From: Tubiluchus corallicola
Taxonomy: Eukaryota > Animalia > Priapulida
DNA: 64,000 bases
Direction: 5' to 3'
Assembly: GCA_030141605.1 (NCBI GenBank)
Contig: JAQGDQ010000076.1
Coordinates: forward strand, 620,001-684,000
Both the position numbers and the translations under genes were made by a program. Positions 33,101-48,100 of the stretch are shown one piece after another. Under the pieces are notes generated by a model. It was not told the DNA's origin, ran no database searches, and saw only the letters and a program-made list of their open reading frames with translations. The stretch's first letter is position 1; the number at the start of each line of letters is the position of its first letter.

Positions 33101-36100
33101 AAATTACATTGGTTTGTGACTGCCACACCCGCTTTTCTGTTTCTTGTTTAACATCTCAAACTGTGTATTCCTTTGCAGCCAAAGCCAACGAAGGGAAAAA
33201 TGAGAATACATTGCCTGGAGAATGTGGAAAAGGCTTTACAGTTTTTACGTGAACAGCATGTTCACTTAGAAAATCTCGGTGCACATGATATTGTAGATGG
33301 TAGCCCACGATTGACCCTTGGACTCATATGGACCATTATTCTACGATTCCAGGTTAGCTTGAAATATTCTGATAAGTTTCGTTTGAAAAATAATTTAGGT
33401 AGAGAGCTAGAGACCTACTTGTTTTTAAGTACAAATAAAAATAACGAAAGTCTTTGTTTTTCTTTGATAAGAATGAGAAAAGACCCACAGGAAAATTGAA
33501 TTCTTTAGAACAATTGTCATATGTAATGATATTGAGTGATGGCGAAAATAGTTTGTTAAGTTTTTAAAGTTTGTTTAGTGTTTGACGTTGTTGCCATACT
33601 GTCATTAGAAATTATATAATTCCATTTATATTGTGGTTATTTCTATTCAAACACTAAATTGCAAGGTTTCACTGGAACAATACTCGCTGGTACAATACTT
33701 TTATGTCCCTATTTGCCTGTAACATGTCCTTCAAGTTCATTTCATTCCATAGATACAAGATATCACTGTTGAAGAAGTTGATAATAAAGAGACCAAATCT
33801 GCCAAAGATGCTCTATTGTTGTGGTGCCAGATGAAGACAGCTGGCTATCATAATGTTAACATTCGCAATTTTACCACTAGTTGGCGTGACGGTTTAGCAT
33901 TCAATGCTTTAATACATAAACACAGGTGAGTGGCAAATTGCCTGTAAACAAAACATCTCAAGCTTATTGCCCTTATAGCTTAAATAACCTCTTCTGTGAA
34001 AATCATTCGTTTCGTTTGATTACCTTGATTGCATTTGGGCATTTGGCCGTGTGAAAAGATGCACGATTAATTTGCAAAAAATAGTTTGGATAATGGAGTT
34101 TTAGTACACTTGAAGTTTTGATGTTGGTTAATGAAAGACTCTGTGCTTGTTCTTAATTTTTCCTTAATTTTGTCGAAATTATCAAACTAAACTGCACAGC
34201 TTAGTCTCTTAGGCAGGGAAAGTGTAACTGACGTTTTGCAAGTTTAAGTTTGGCTTGAGTGCTTTTGATTTGGTGTCATCCTTAAGCAATATCACTTACC
34301 AACTGGCATTGCTTGCACAGGAAAAAGAAGACCTGAGATGATAGTAAAAGATATTTCCTCTAGGATAAACTGTAAATTCCATACACACTACTTGCTTTGC
34401 TGAGGGTATATTATGCTTAGTGTGTGAAAAGCTGTGTAGCTTTGTATGACAGTGCATATTGAGCAATATTAAGAAAAACACATCTTTTTATCTATTTAAT
34501 TCAGCATTCAGGTGAGCTATATTGTGGGTTCATTTGAAGTACACAAAGGATAACTGTGCATCGGCTTTATTGCTTTTCAGGCCAGATCTTATTCGTTACG
34601 AACAGCTACAGAAATCAAATGCTATCCACAATTTAAACAATGCATTTAATACGGCAGAAGAAAACTTAGGCATTCCAAGACTTCTTGATGCTGAAGGTAA
34701 CATGTTGTTAAGTGCACAAGCTTACTTAGGCTGGTAAATTGTTGGCGTTTTATTTTTTGCCAATGGTATCATCAGTGTTTGGTACACCAAACATGAACAA
34801 AATATGTGAATGACTGTTATTCATTTTACAAACGAAACCAATTGGAATTTTAGGCATTCGCAATAAAACGTGAACGAAACAAACCAAATTTTGGCATTTG
34901 TCAGGCAATTACCCAATAAATAAAAGATTATTAAACCCAGTAAGATTATTAAGCCTAAATAAGCATTAGTAGTTATAAAAGGACCACTAAAATATTTTCC
35001 CATAAAAGATAATTATGAGAACGTTGAATTTGCTAACTATGATAATACGTAATAATAAACTGAAAACTGCCTAGTAAACTTTTTACAGACATTTGCAAAA
35101 ATAAAAAATAATGCAATTATTTCTATGAACAACAAGTATGTAGCAACACATTATAATTGCTCATGGAAAGAAGCGGCCACCTAAGGTGTAACAGTCAGCA
35201 GCCTGCTTTTGCTGATGTGCTTAACATGACGACCATCTTGGCATATATGAATTGCAAGGAAGATTTTTATTTCCTTTACCAAAAGAGATGTTGCACAAAA
35301 TAGATGGTAGGTACATGCAGATGCTGGACTAAGTAGAAGTAAATACATATAGGTGCTGAAAAGTAGATGTAGTTTAAAGGTAAATGAGAAAAAAGTAGAT
35401 GTTCCAAGTATTGGGTGCTGTGTTATCCGTGCTGTGATAACTCATGTCTGAGAAATTCTGAAGTACTGGAATTGATTTTGATTTACTGTTGCATTTGGGG
35501 CCCCAAAGTGTGTGAAATTCAGAGGATATCATGGATAAGTTTTTCCAAATCTTTTGAGGCTACTGCTATTTGTGCTAGTGCTAGAACTGATTCAATTTTT
35601 TTCATACTTTATATGTCAAATCTTTACAGTACTTATGCCTTTATAGTACTTGTTTATGTTAATGTATCATCTGTTGTTGCTCTTGTACAAATACTTGTTT
35701 TGTATGCGTGTGCTAACACTTTCTTTTCTAGAATGCAAAAATCAACAGTTGGTTGTTACAGTTTTTGAATTATGTTCATTTCAATATCAGAAAGGGCTCT
35801 AATACCATAGAGAGCAGGCAGAGAAAGTTTGCAAAGAAAAATTTGTTACTTTATAGCTAATTATAGTTGTTAACAAGAATATATTCACCCCACTACCTCG
35901 TTGGTTTGCTATTACAGAATGTATTGTTCAAAATTTCTTTTAGATTTTTGATGCAAAGCAGTCTTTTAGAGACAAGAGTGCAAGATATTTCACACTTTTA
36001 AGGCTTTGACTCAGCAGAAATTAGCTTAGCCCTCACAATGCAAGAAAAAGGCTCGGCAGTACTGTCTCAAAATTTATATCTACCAAAAAACATTCGCAAC

Positions 36101-39100
36101 CACATATCTCACAATGACACAATGAACCACTAATAAGCAGTATTTTTTGTAATGTGATTTTTGCACAATGATTCAACATGATGTGGCCTAAGCAAAGGTT
36201 ACATCTCATTTCATAGATCACCTGTGTTTTGTTTCAGATGTTGTTATGGATTACCCAGACGAGAAGTCTGTTATTACGTACGTTGTGGCGTACTATCATT
36301 ATTTTTCACGCATGAAAGCAGAAACAGTGCAAGGCCGTCGTATTGGGAAGGTAAAGTGCTCTGTCATTATTCAGTTGCTCTTGCTTTAAATACCTTAAGA
36401 GAATTTCTTTATTTGAAACATACATGGATCGCTTATTAACTGCCATCTGGTGATTTCATGAGCAATTGTACTTATCCTAGATCCTAGTACTGCAGGCATT
36501 ATAACGGATTTTAGATGTAGTAGACTGTTTATATTGGTTACCATATAGGCGATGTGTAAGCATCAAATATGGCATTAACAAAAAGCATGAAGCAACTCCC
36601 AGTGCCTGAAGTATTCACTTTTTTACATAATGTATATTGTTTACTGCAACATGGATATTTCTATGTACATATTTTTTTTCTGCACCTTGTATGTTTTCCA
36701 CAGTCACACATGCTGTATTCATATCATCCCGACTCTTGTCGTTATTAAGGAATATGAGGAAGCTTAACAAAAGCATTGTTCTCGGTGAGATTATCACTAA
36801 TCAAAAATGAGAACAATGCTAAAACATTGTACAGTGAGAAAGGGTAAAAAGGCACATTGGTTTAATGTAATGCGTTCTGTTTTCTATAGGTTGTCGATAT
36901 GGCACTGGAGAATGAGCGAATGATGCAAGAGTACGAGTCACTGACGTCCGATTTACTGGACTGGATCCAGCAAACAATAACGACATTAAATGACCGAACA
37001 TTCAGCAACTCTCTCCATGGTGTGCAACAGCAATTGCTACAGTTTAATACATACCGTACTGTAGAGAAGCCACCAAAGTAAGTAGGAATTCATTAAGAGT
37101 AATGCGAAGAACTGAATTGATTCATTAATTTCACTTGTTGCTGTGCTGCAGGGAGTGTCAAAATCTGGTAATTGTGCAAAAAGCAACATTTTTGAATTCA
37201 CTGTCAATTCTTTCTGCTTTCCAGTATTTTGTGTAAGAAGCTGAAATTTTTTTAATTATTTAGAAATTAATAATTTTAGTTAATAAAAGTTGAATGTGTA
37301 TAGTAATTAACTTGCTTAAAGATTTCTAATTTTCATGTTAATCATATCAACTGTAAGTCATTAATTACCAGCTTAATTAAACTGGCTAGAAGTTGCTGAA
37401 TTAGGGCTGATTGTTCGGTAGTAATTCAGTGATTAACGAAAAATTAAGTGCTTTGAAGAACATTAATTTGCATTAAAGGAATGTTGCATTTTCATGGCGT
37501 GATTTGATTTCTTTATGTGCTGGTTATTTATTTATTTATTTCGAAGTGCCAGATTGTCATATTAATTAATAGTACAAAATAATTAGTAATGATTAAATTT
37601 CCTCGAATTGCCCTAGTTTCTAATTTGGAAATTTTTTCTGCATAAAAACAATTGATTTTTTTATCGTAGTTTGAACTCAAAGCTTGAATTTCTATTAAAC
37701 TCATTGTCTGCCCTTTAAGGCTACACTCTTCATTCTCTGAAACGTTATTAAACAGTAAATTAATGAATCTGTGAAGTAAAGGTTGATAGTTAGTGTGTCT
37801 TATATTTAATTTATATTTTACACATTAAACAATTTGTGTTAACAATTTCACCTGGTTAATTAGGTATTCGTAGGTTTGATTTTCTATTGTTTACTAGATT
37901 TGTCGAGAAAGGAAACTTGGAGATTCTCCTCTTCACGCTACAGAGTAAAATGCGTGCAAACAATCAGAAGCCCTTCTTTCCTAAGGAAGGGCGCATGATT
38001 TCTGATATCAACAAAGCCTGGGAGAAACTGGAGAAGGCCGAGCATGAGAGGGAGTTGGCTCTCCGAGAGGAGTTGATCAGACAGGAGAAGCTGGAGCAGC
38101 TGGCTAACAGATTCGATCGTAAAGCTGGAATGAGAGAGTCTTGGCTGAGTGAGAATCAACGGCTTGTTTCGCAGGTGAGCCTAACATTAGTTCAGTGTTT
38201 TCACTTTCAAAAGGTAATACAGTGCTAGATGGATTTAACAAACAATGACTAGCACTACTCTTTCAGTTAGACCAGTCACGTCCGTGCATTGCTTTATCAC
38301 AATAAAACTTTTCTACTTTACTTCAGCTTTCATTGTGTCATAATACTAGATATTTAGAGTTTCTTAAACATAAGAAGCAGTATTGTGTGGATTTTTTAAA
38401 TGAATGTATAGTCTTAGTTTTGGCATGTCATGTATACACGAATGACCTGTGTGCTAATCAATTTTTCTGTGTCTACAATCTCAAATGACCATCATGTCTA
38501 TTTGAAACGATTTATTACAGGATAACTTTGGCTTCGACCTACCTGCATTAGAAGCAGCTACGAAAAAACATGAGGCAATAGAAACAGATATATACGCTTA
38601 CGAAGAAAGGGTTCAAGCCGTAGTTGCTGTAGCACAAGAATTGGAAACAGAAAATTATCATGATATTGATCGAATTATTGCAAGGTAATCAAAATGTTTC
38701 GTCATCAATTAAAGCACAAGAAAACCCTCCACTTACATAAAGCTTAAGAAATTCGTCTCGAAATTTATACCACTTACGTACTACCTTTTCGTATGCATGG
38801 CTTGCATCGGCCGTAACGCTGTATAAAACATGTAAATTTAAACTCCTGCGATAATCATTAGGCGCAGCCATTTTAGTGGTAGGTCGTTTGAAACAAGTTT
38901 TTATAACATTACGTAAAGTTTGAAAAAATAATCAGGGCATTCGTAGCATACATGTTGCTAATTAAGTAAAATTTTAAATTACTGTACCTTGTCCATAAGA
39001 TTAAAAATATGTTTTTGGCTAGTGAGTGGTGCACCCTGGAGGGTGAGTCAGCAACATTTTACCAGCTGACACAAACATATTTTAATATTTAAAAAATGTT

Positions 39101-42100
39101 AGTCTAGTTACATAAGTCTTTCCAGCAGGTAAGTGAAATGCTAAGTAATATAGATTTGCATGGAAAGTTTTTTGGGTCATAATTTAACATTGCCTTTTCT
39201 TCCCCTGATTTACGTGTTTTAGTGACGTCATGTAATGGCGCCGTCGGAACAGTATTACGAGAGATTTAAAATGAAAACAAATGAAAATTCCTTTCAACGC
39301 GAATATGATATGTGCATAAAATTGCTGTAAAGTAGTATAATTTTTTAAGGTGATTTTTCTGAAACCTACTTCAGGTGCCCCTTTTCTTGTCATTTAAAGC
39401 ATAATAAGTGTGACGTTGAATTTATCTCGATTGACCAATCTTATTATTTGCTACAGTGATGTAGTATCTGCTCTTTTGGTAAAACAGTACCTTAATGCTT
39501 AGCTATGTTTGTAGGAAAGATAATGTACTTCGACTGTGGGACTACCTTCTTGAGCTGCTGCGCTCTCGTCGCATACGACTCGAACTTTCCATGTCTCTGC
39601 AAAAAGTTTTCCAGGAAATGATTTACATTGTCGACTGGATGGATGAACTGAAGGTATGTATTTTTGACTGTTTGTGCAATCAAAGTGTGTGCAACTTGCT
39701 ACATTTAGCAGCTAAAGGGAATTATATCAATTCAGATGCAGAGATGTTGCTTTCTAGATTCCAAGGACCAGCAATACTTCAAAGTACTAGGCATTTGATT
39801 AACTGATGAAAATTATAAACAGTTTTTTCACTTGATCAAAAATTCAGAATAACTTTACAGAGCATGTAGAGTAAACTGAATTATCTTTCAGCACATTTGA
39901 CAATGTTTTACTTTATTGTTTATGTACGAAACACTGGGAAGTGAGCATCAAAGAGGGTTTTGCCCAGATGTCAAAATATTCTTGATACTGAGTATTTATT
40001 TCCACAAAGTTTACTGATATTCTGGCTCACATGTAAAGTAATTTATACTCATAGTTCATGTCTATTCTTACATAAAATGCCACAATATTACTTATAAAAA
40101 ATTTTGTTGTAAACGATGATGTTTCGAAAACCCCCAAGTTTTCATCTTCTGGTGATTATAACATAATTTAATTATTAAATTAAACTAAAAATGTTTCTTG
40201 TGATTTCATGGCAACTCTTGTTTAAATGTTTTCCATTGTTATGAATCTCTGTCTTTTTTTTTTAATTTTAGCATCTTTTAGGTTATATATTGTAGGAATC
40301 TGAAGATGAAAACTAGTGAGTTTTCGAAATATCATTGTTTATTACAAAATTCTCTATAAATAGTATAAGATTTTTTGTATAAATTGTTTCGTTCCTAATG
40401 CTTACCTTTATAAAATCGCTTCATTTTGCTTTTCTATTTATTTACACTAACTACACAAAGTAGTGGATAAAAAGACTTAAAATTATAAGCTTGTCAGATG
40501 CAGAATCATTTTCTTGTACTTTTGCCTGGCAGTAACGACTATCTCTGTTCTGAATCATATTGGCAAAGTATAGAGAACCCTTTATACACGTTGATAGTGA
40601 CACTTTGATGTCAAATACACTGCACCATATTTCTAGTGTCAGTTTCCCAATCATGTGCAGCTCACATAGATAAGTAGTATGTTTATCGTAGTAATATGTT
40701 TGCCTGTTGCAGCTTACTTATACTCATGAATCATTATGACAAATAAAGTTGTGTTTCATAACTAGCAGCCATTTAAGTACACAGCGCTGAATGCACTTAA
40801 TGATGTTTTTCTGTTGCATAAATTGCCCAACTTCAGTATCGTTTTTATCATTCGAAATAAATTATTGTATCGTCTAAGAAACAGATTATCGTTATCGTAT
40901 CGTTGGAAAATATATCATATCAAAATTTTTATTGTTTAACATCCCTAGAGCAAGCATTTGAGCATGGATACGGCTGCCCAAGGCCAGCAAATACTTATAT
41001 TTTCTTAGTTTTGTCAAGCCTCGCAGTTGGAGTTTGTATTTTTTAGGGTTGTCTGTTATCTGAGGATTATGGTAAGCATCTCATGGGAGTTGAAGATCTG
41101 CTACAGAGACATAGTATGCTAGAAGCTGATATAGCCGTACTTGGAGAGAGAATCAAAACAGTGAATGGACAGGCACAAAGATATATCGATTCAGACGATC
41201 CAGAATTTGGTGGTATGCTGAACTTTTTTACATCTGCTTTAATTTCGACTAAATACGTTTATTATACAAAATGCGTGAAAATTCATGGCTTGTTATTTTT
41301 TTGGGTTCTGAAGTTTTGATATCTGAATATACCTGCTTACCTGGAAAGCAGTACTTCATCATAAATTTTGTTTGTCCATTTATGATTTTGTCTCTACTAG
41401 GCTACCATCCAGTTGACCCAGCTGTTATTAAAGAACGGACTGAGAACTTGGATGCTCACTACGAAGAACTGCTTGGCCTGGCTGCTGACCGTTACAACAA
41501 ACTGCTAGAATCACGGCGCCTCTGGCAGTTCTTCTGGGAAATGGCAGAAGAGGAAGCATGGATAAAAGAGATGGAGCATACCCTATCGTCCCCCGATCTT
41601 GGTCATGACTTGACCAGTGTAGAGCTATTGTTGAATCAACATAAGGTTTGTGGATTGTTCATATTTCATCTCTAGTCGCTACACTTCTTTCCTTGCTGTT
41701 GCAACGAATTATGAGAATCCGTTTTAGCTGGTTTAATATCTATGAAACTATAAATTCTATTTTTAATTGAGGGAGATGTTGCTGAAATGTTTTTTTGTGT
41801 TTGTAAAATGGCACCTTATGATTGTTATGATTCAGTTCTGGTTTCCCATTCACTGTTAGTATTAAAGAGTACATATCTAGCTTCCGTAACAGTTTTACAA
41901 GCATTTCTTTGCTTTCCCTAAAAGGGTTTAATTTACAAAAACTGATGATGTTTATCAATACATAAAATTTATTATTTTATTACGTATTTTTTTATCTTTT
42001 ACCATGCATTTTTGGTGTTTCATTTTTGCATTTTGCTACTACAAACAATTCAATTCTACTGCGACTGCTTTTATCAAATGATTAATTCATTCCAGGCATT

Positions 42101-45100
42101 AGAAGCAGAAATCAGTGATCAACATAATCATTTGAACATTGTTATTGCGGGAGGGGAGGAGCTCATTGGCGAAGGGCACTTTGGTTCCGATGATGTTAAG
42201 AATAGAATAGATGAGATCAATGCAGCCTGGGACGCGCTGATAGAGTTGGCTGCTTATCGGAAGAAACGACTTTTGGAGGCGGTGGATTATTACAAGGTAA
42301 TAAAGTTACATTGTGAAACAAAGTGAGACATTGAAACATCTTTGCTCAATATTCGTGGACTATTGCCATATCATTTCTTAATAAACTTAGCAAACTGTTT
42401 TTGCTTTTCAGCACATATTGTCTGGTATTAGCCGAAGTATGTGAGTTATCGTTAAGTAGATACAGGCTTTTATACGTAATCGACGGTGAAGCTTCTGGTA
42501 ATATTCTACACAGAATGAAATCTGTGGATAAGCTTTGTAGAGCACATAGTGTTCGATTGGCATCTCGAGAGAGTAGTGTTTCTGCATGACAGCTATTCTT
42601 TCATAAGAAATAATGTAACTGTATCAGAGTGTGTTCCAGTGGTGTCCATCTAAAAAGTCAATCGTGCTTGACTGGTCTAAATCGAATGATTTGCAAAATT
42701 TATTGCTTGTATTTATAAATTATTTTTTTATAAAAGAACCATTTATTATAATCGTAAGGCAGTGGCTTATGCACAATTAGCATAAAATTCCTGGTAATTT
42801 TTAAGCTTAATGTTATTAATGTTTGTTTCGAACGTTACATTACAATATATTGTTAAATAATAAAAAATTTGTTAAAGTAAAACTTTTTCATTCATGAAGT
42901 CAGCAAATTGGTAGCAAAAGATTATTACCACGAAAAAGGTCAATAGGTTAGATTTTGATTTAGATTTGTTAGTTGTTTAAAAGGCTACTGCTAAAACGAA
43001 AAATAGCAACAACATTCGAATTTTTTATTACAGTTTTAGTTCAAAAATTGTTTGAGAACAAGTTACTGGTCAAATATCAGCGCTAAAATTAATCGTGATT
43101 AAATACTACATCATTCAGGAAAGAAAATTGCTGTACTACAAAAAAGATAGTCTGCACGATATCATTGAGACTATATGCATTATTTTATTTTCCTAAGCCC
43201 TGCCGAGTCATACACGGGTGTTTTGCATGATTCTGAATTATCGCTAAACTGTTTTTGTTGCGTTTTCAACTCTCTAGGCTATTTCATGTCCGGTATTGTT
43301 ACCATTTGCATATTAATAAAGGTTTCATATTTCAGTTTTTCGCTGACTGTGATGATGTTGATGCATACTTGTTGGAGTTACTACGCATTGTGTCAAGTGA
43401 GGATGTCGGACACGATGAAGCCAGTGTAAACTCTTTGATGAAGAAGCATAGGGTACAAATTACTTGAAATTTTTTTGTATCAAATTGTCTCCATTTATGT
43501 AAGACGGTGAAAATTACAGAATTTTTTTTATTAAAATAGGCCTAGTATTTTTGTTCTGGTCATGCATCCGTATGGCTGCTGAATTTTAAGTAATATTACT
43601 ATAGTGATATGCACAGGTAAAGCTGTTTTTCAAAAAGACAGTAATATAAAACAACACATAAAACTTGTTCATTGTCTTTTGTGTGCCCAATTTTAGGGGT
43701 AAATCACAAAAAAAAGATTGAAACAAAGGTGTATGAATATTGGTGTTTAAAACTGTTTTGAGTTTACTATGTTGTCTTTATTTTACGACATTGTATTACA
43801 GGAAATCACTGATGAGTTAAAGAGTTACACATCCGTGTTAGAAGGGCTTCACGAACAAGCCGACACACTAGGTGAGCAGGATCGCAAGTCACCGGAAGTG
43901 CAAGAACGTCTGGCCAGCATTGAACGGCGCTATCGAGAGTTGGCTGAATTGGCTGAAATTCGGCGTCAGCGATTGATTGATGCTAACACCCTGTACAGAC
44001 TGTATTATGAATCGGATACAGTAGAAGGCTGGGTGAATGAAAAGGTAGAGAGACATTTCTTAAGTTGAGTGTAATTTATCCAATAGCACAAGGAAGTTAT
44101 TCAAGAACTTAAACATTTATTACTTTGTCAATAATAATAATTTTCAAAAATCATTAATCTTGATATTAGAATCCATTTTCTAAATTTTCTCCCAGAGTTT
44201 GTAGCTCAAGTCGCTGCAAATTGGGATTGTTTCTGTGTAAAGTATGTTTAAATGGGTTTTATTGCATTGGTCCTTTTTCATGTTTTGTTATGTCCAATTT
44301 CATCAAGCATGTACATACCAGACAAAAATTTTTGGTGAGATTTTAGTTGCTTCAAATAATTTGAACTTTTGATGTAAAAATATTTTATAGTATTAATTTT
44401 TTTGTGTTCTGTAACCTGTTTTAGCATTATGTTTCAATGAAGCCTAATTTTCTGACAGGAAAGACTTTTGGCTACGATGGTACCCACCAAAGACCTAGAT
44501 TTTGAAGATTTGGAAGTGATGAAACACCGCTTTGAAGGCTTTGAACATGAGGTAAATGCCACCCAGCCAAAAGTGCAGACAGTCAATGAACTGGCAAGTG
44601 GTCTAGTTGAAGCTGCACATCCACATGCTGATGATGTAGTGAGACGTCAGAATCTGCTGAATCAAAAGTATGTGTTTTGTTTTCTTGTGTATGTTTGGTG
44701 TGAAGAGTGACGCGACGCGACTGAGAGACACTGACTCTGGTCAGTAAATGGATGAATCAACAATGTGAAAATACTTCTGGGCAAGGTTTATCTGACATAT
44801 TTGGCTACTTTTCTAGCTGACGAAAGATGTATGCGAATCTGAATGTCGCTGTTGAATCTTTCACAAATTCTGTAATTTGTGTATAATGATTATTCTTGAT
44901 AGTGAATTAATCTCCAATCACATCATAGTCTAATGAGCTGCCTTTCGTTTTTTTCCACAAGTACATACATTAAGTAAGTAAATCTGTTTGCACATTTTGT
45001 GAGTATACATCAAGTTACATTTTTGCTTTTTTTGCAGGTGGTCGGAACTGCTAGAGAAATCAGATGGAAAGAAAGATGAGATTAAACAATTCCATGGTAT

Positions 45101-48100
45101 TCAAACATTCCATATTGAAACAGAGGAAACAATTGTAAGCTTGCAGTTTAAGCTCATTATTCAACTTCAAGAAATAAACTGTCAGAACGAAATTTATCAT
45201 TTACTGTTTTTTGCAAACAGCATTTTTACAGCCTGAAGTTGCCACTGTGTTACCTTTTTCAGACTTGGATCAACGAGAAATGTAAGATTTTAGAAGAAAC
45301 TCAGGAATATGGTGATGATTTGGCAGGAGTGATGAAGTTACAGCGCCGTATGAGTTTTATGGAGCGTGATATCAAAGCCATTCAAGACAAGGTGACAACG
45401 ATTTACGTGCACACTTGATTACTATTTTTATGTGTATATCAGAATTTCTGTATACATACGGGATATTCTATATATTATGTACACAGACATGCACGCACGC
45501 ACAATGTGCCAAAGTTTTGATCACAATATTATAAGAAAGAAATAACCGAGTCACTTGAAAATTACCACATTGAAGTTACAGACATTTGTGTATAAACACC
45601 ACAAATTTGCGGTCATTCATTTAGATTATTTAAATGATACAGCAGTTTTAAATCAATAAGCCAAAAAAATAAATGCCAGGAAAAATTTTATGTCACTATT
45701 GTTAAAATTTACAGCAAATGTGCCACCATTTTCAACAAAAACTAAACATTCTTCCAACAGCTAACACAGTTTCATGCACTCAGCAATTTTTGCCTCTAGC
45801 TCCTCTGCATCAAACGGTTATGTGCAGCCATCGTACGCTTTCTCTTTAAACGAATGTCTGATATCATAATCCAGAAGGTCCCATTTTTTTTCTTGGCACC
45901 AAAGCTTTGTTTTCTGTGCCAAAACCTATGATGTAAACCTGTTGATTTCTTTGTTTTTCTGCCTTGTATTGAGTGGTTTATATATCAACGCAGCAGTTTT
46001 TTAGCCGTAACTTAACTCCTTCACGACGACGAATATATGTGTAGTTTTGATATCCCCTTACAAAAATACCCATAACGGCCTAATTGCATGAGCTACTAGT
46101 ACAACACTACATATTTTGTGAAAGAGAATTAAATTTTCTTTGTAGCATTGTAAATAAAATGCTTAGATTTTTTTTTATTTGTGTAATTAACACGATTATA
46201 CGAAAAGTCTGTAGAATTTTCAAGGAATTTTCGTTTCAAAGCGTTCTAGTTTCCACGTCATAGCTTGTTCAACATAAAAACTGTAGAGCATCCTTTCAGA
46301 AGAAGATTTTGCGAGAAGTATTGAAATCACACTAACCTTCCAAATTTGACAGCTGCTCAAATGCACTAAGGTGTTACGAAACTTGTCTAGGAACCCAACC
46401 GCTTGCTGCACGTGAGTCTGCCCTGCGCTGGCTATTGAATTGACAACCGGTACTCCCAGAACAATCAGTAGCTGTATAGTAATTTAGAATGCGTTAATCA
46501 ATAATTGTTTTATGAATTTGTTTACTTGCAACAGATTTTTGACAGGCTGAAATTTTGATAGTTTATATACAATTTTATTAACAACTGTACAGAAATTACT
46601 GCTACATACTATATACAACATGTAAATGATTCTACCCAATTGATAAGTCTAGCTGTGAAATTGTTCCAAATTTTAAAAAAAAAGCACTGTTAATATTTTT
46701 TCACTCTTTGTATATTGTACAGTCAAAAGCACAATAAATGCAAGTGTGTTCAGAGTACTGCTTGCTGGATAGCGCTTGCTGCTGTTACATTCTGTGAACA
46801 CACACCTAGATGACAACAAAAGTTACCTTTGCGTGCTAACAATAACCTGTGCTAATGAGTGCATGGCAAATCAACGTTCGATGCTACACTGAGATGCTGT
46901 ACAAGTGCAAAGCAAAAGTTTTATCCATTAGTTTGCAAAAATCTTCTTCAAAGATTGAAAACGAAGTATACAACAGAATTTTTTGTGCTTTACTTGCATG
47001 TTGGTCGTTTCATTCTCAAATTTCATTCAATTTGGAGAGAGGGAAGTTTAGTTAAAAAGGCATTGTTTTTGTCCATCACAGTTGATAGGTAAATGTATGT
47101 ACCCATCGGGAAGTTGTTAAAAACCACTAACACTGAAACTATAAACTTGTAGCTTTCTCATCCAAAAGTTATTAATGTATTGTAATGTTGTGCTGTGAAA
47201 TTTCAACCTTGTAGCTTACTTGCTTCTAATATTATTGTGGTCAAAACTTTGAAACATTTTTTCTGTGCTGCCTGATATGTTTGTGTGTGTGCATGGATGT
47301 GTGCATGTGTGTGCATGCGAATATGGTCTAGCTGTGCATACTTTGTGCAAAACCTGAAATTATTTATGTGTAATTGAATTTTTAACCTACTATTTTAGAT
47401 CGGGAACTTCACTGATTGTATGTATTAGTAAAATCTGCCCCAAGTGGTTATGCTACAATCTTAATAATGCTATTAACTACAGGTAGATGATTTGGAGAAA
47501 GAAGCGGATCGGATTAGCCAAACTCAGCCAGAGGAAGCACAACAAATCCGACAAAAAGTGGAAGTATTGCGCAGAACGTATGCTGATTTAAGTGCACTGG
47601 TAGGAATCCATTCCGCTTTACGTTGTAACAGGATTTCATCTCATTTCTTTACGTCTGTTTGTCATAATAGTGTATTCACTTGTTTCTGCTGAAATTTCAA
47701 AATGATTTTGACCTGTTTTCTGCATTGTATCAAAAAGTAATCTTATACAGTGTACAGATGCCATTCAAGTAAATAAATTAAGTGAACCTTGCAGTTATCA
47801 TTCATGTGTTAATTCGTAAAATATTTTTTTCTGAATAGTTGGCAGACAGAGAGGAAAAATTGGCTGAATCTGGAAATCTCCAGCACTTCCTGCGGGATTT
47901 GGACGACTTCCAAGCATGGCTTTCGAAGACTACTGTAGCCGTTGCTTCAGCTGATCAGCCTAATGATTTACAGGTTTGTTTTACTTTAAATGTCAATTAT
48001 TGTTTATAAAATTTCTTATTTACTAGCAAGCTATAACTAAGAATGATTGCTTAATTAAATAATGTTTTCAAACTTTGGTATGTATGCAATAAAATCCAAA

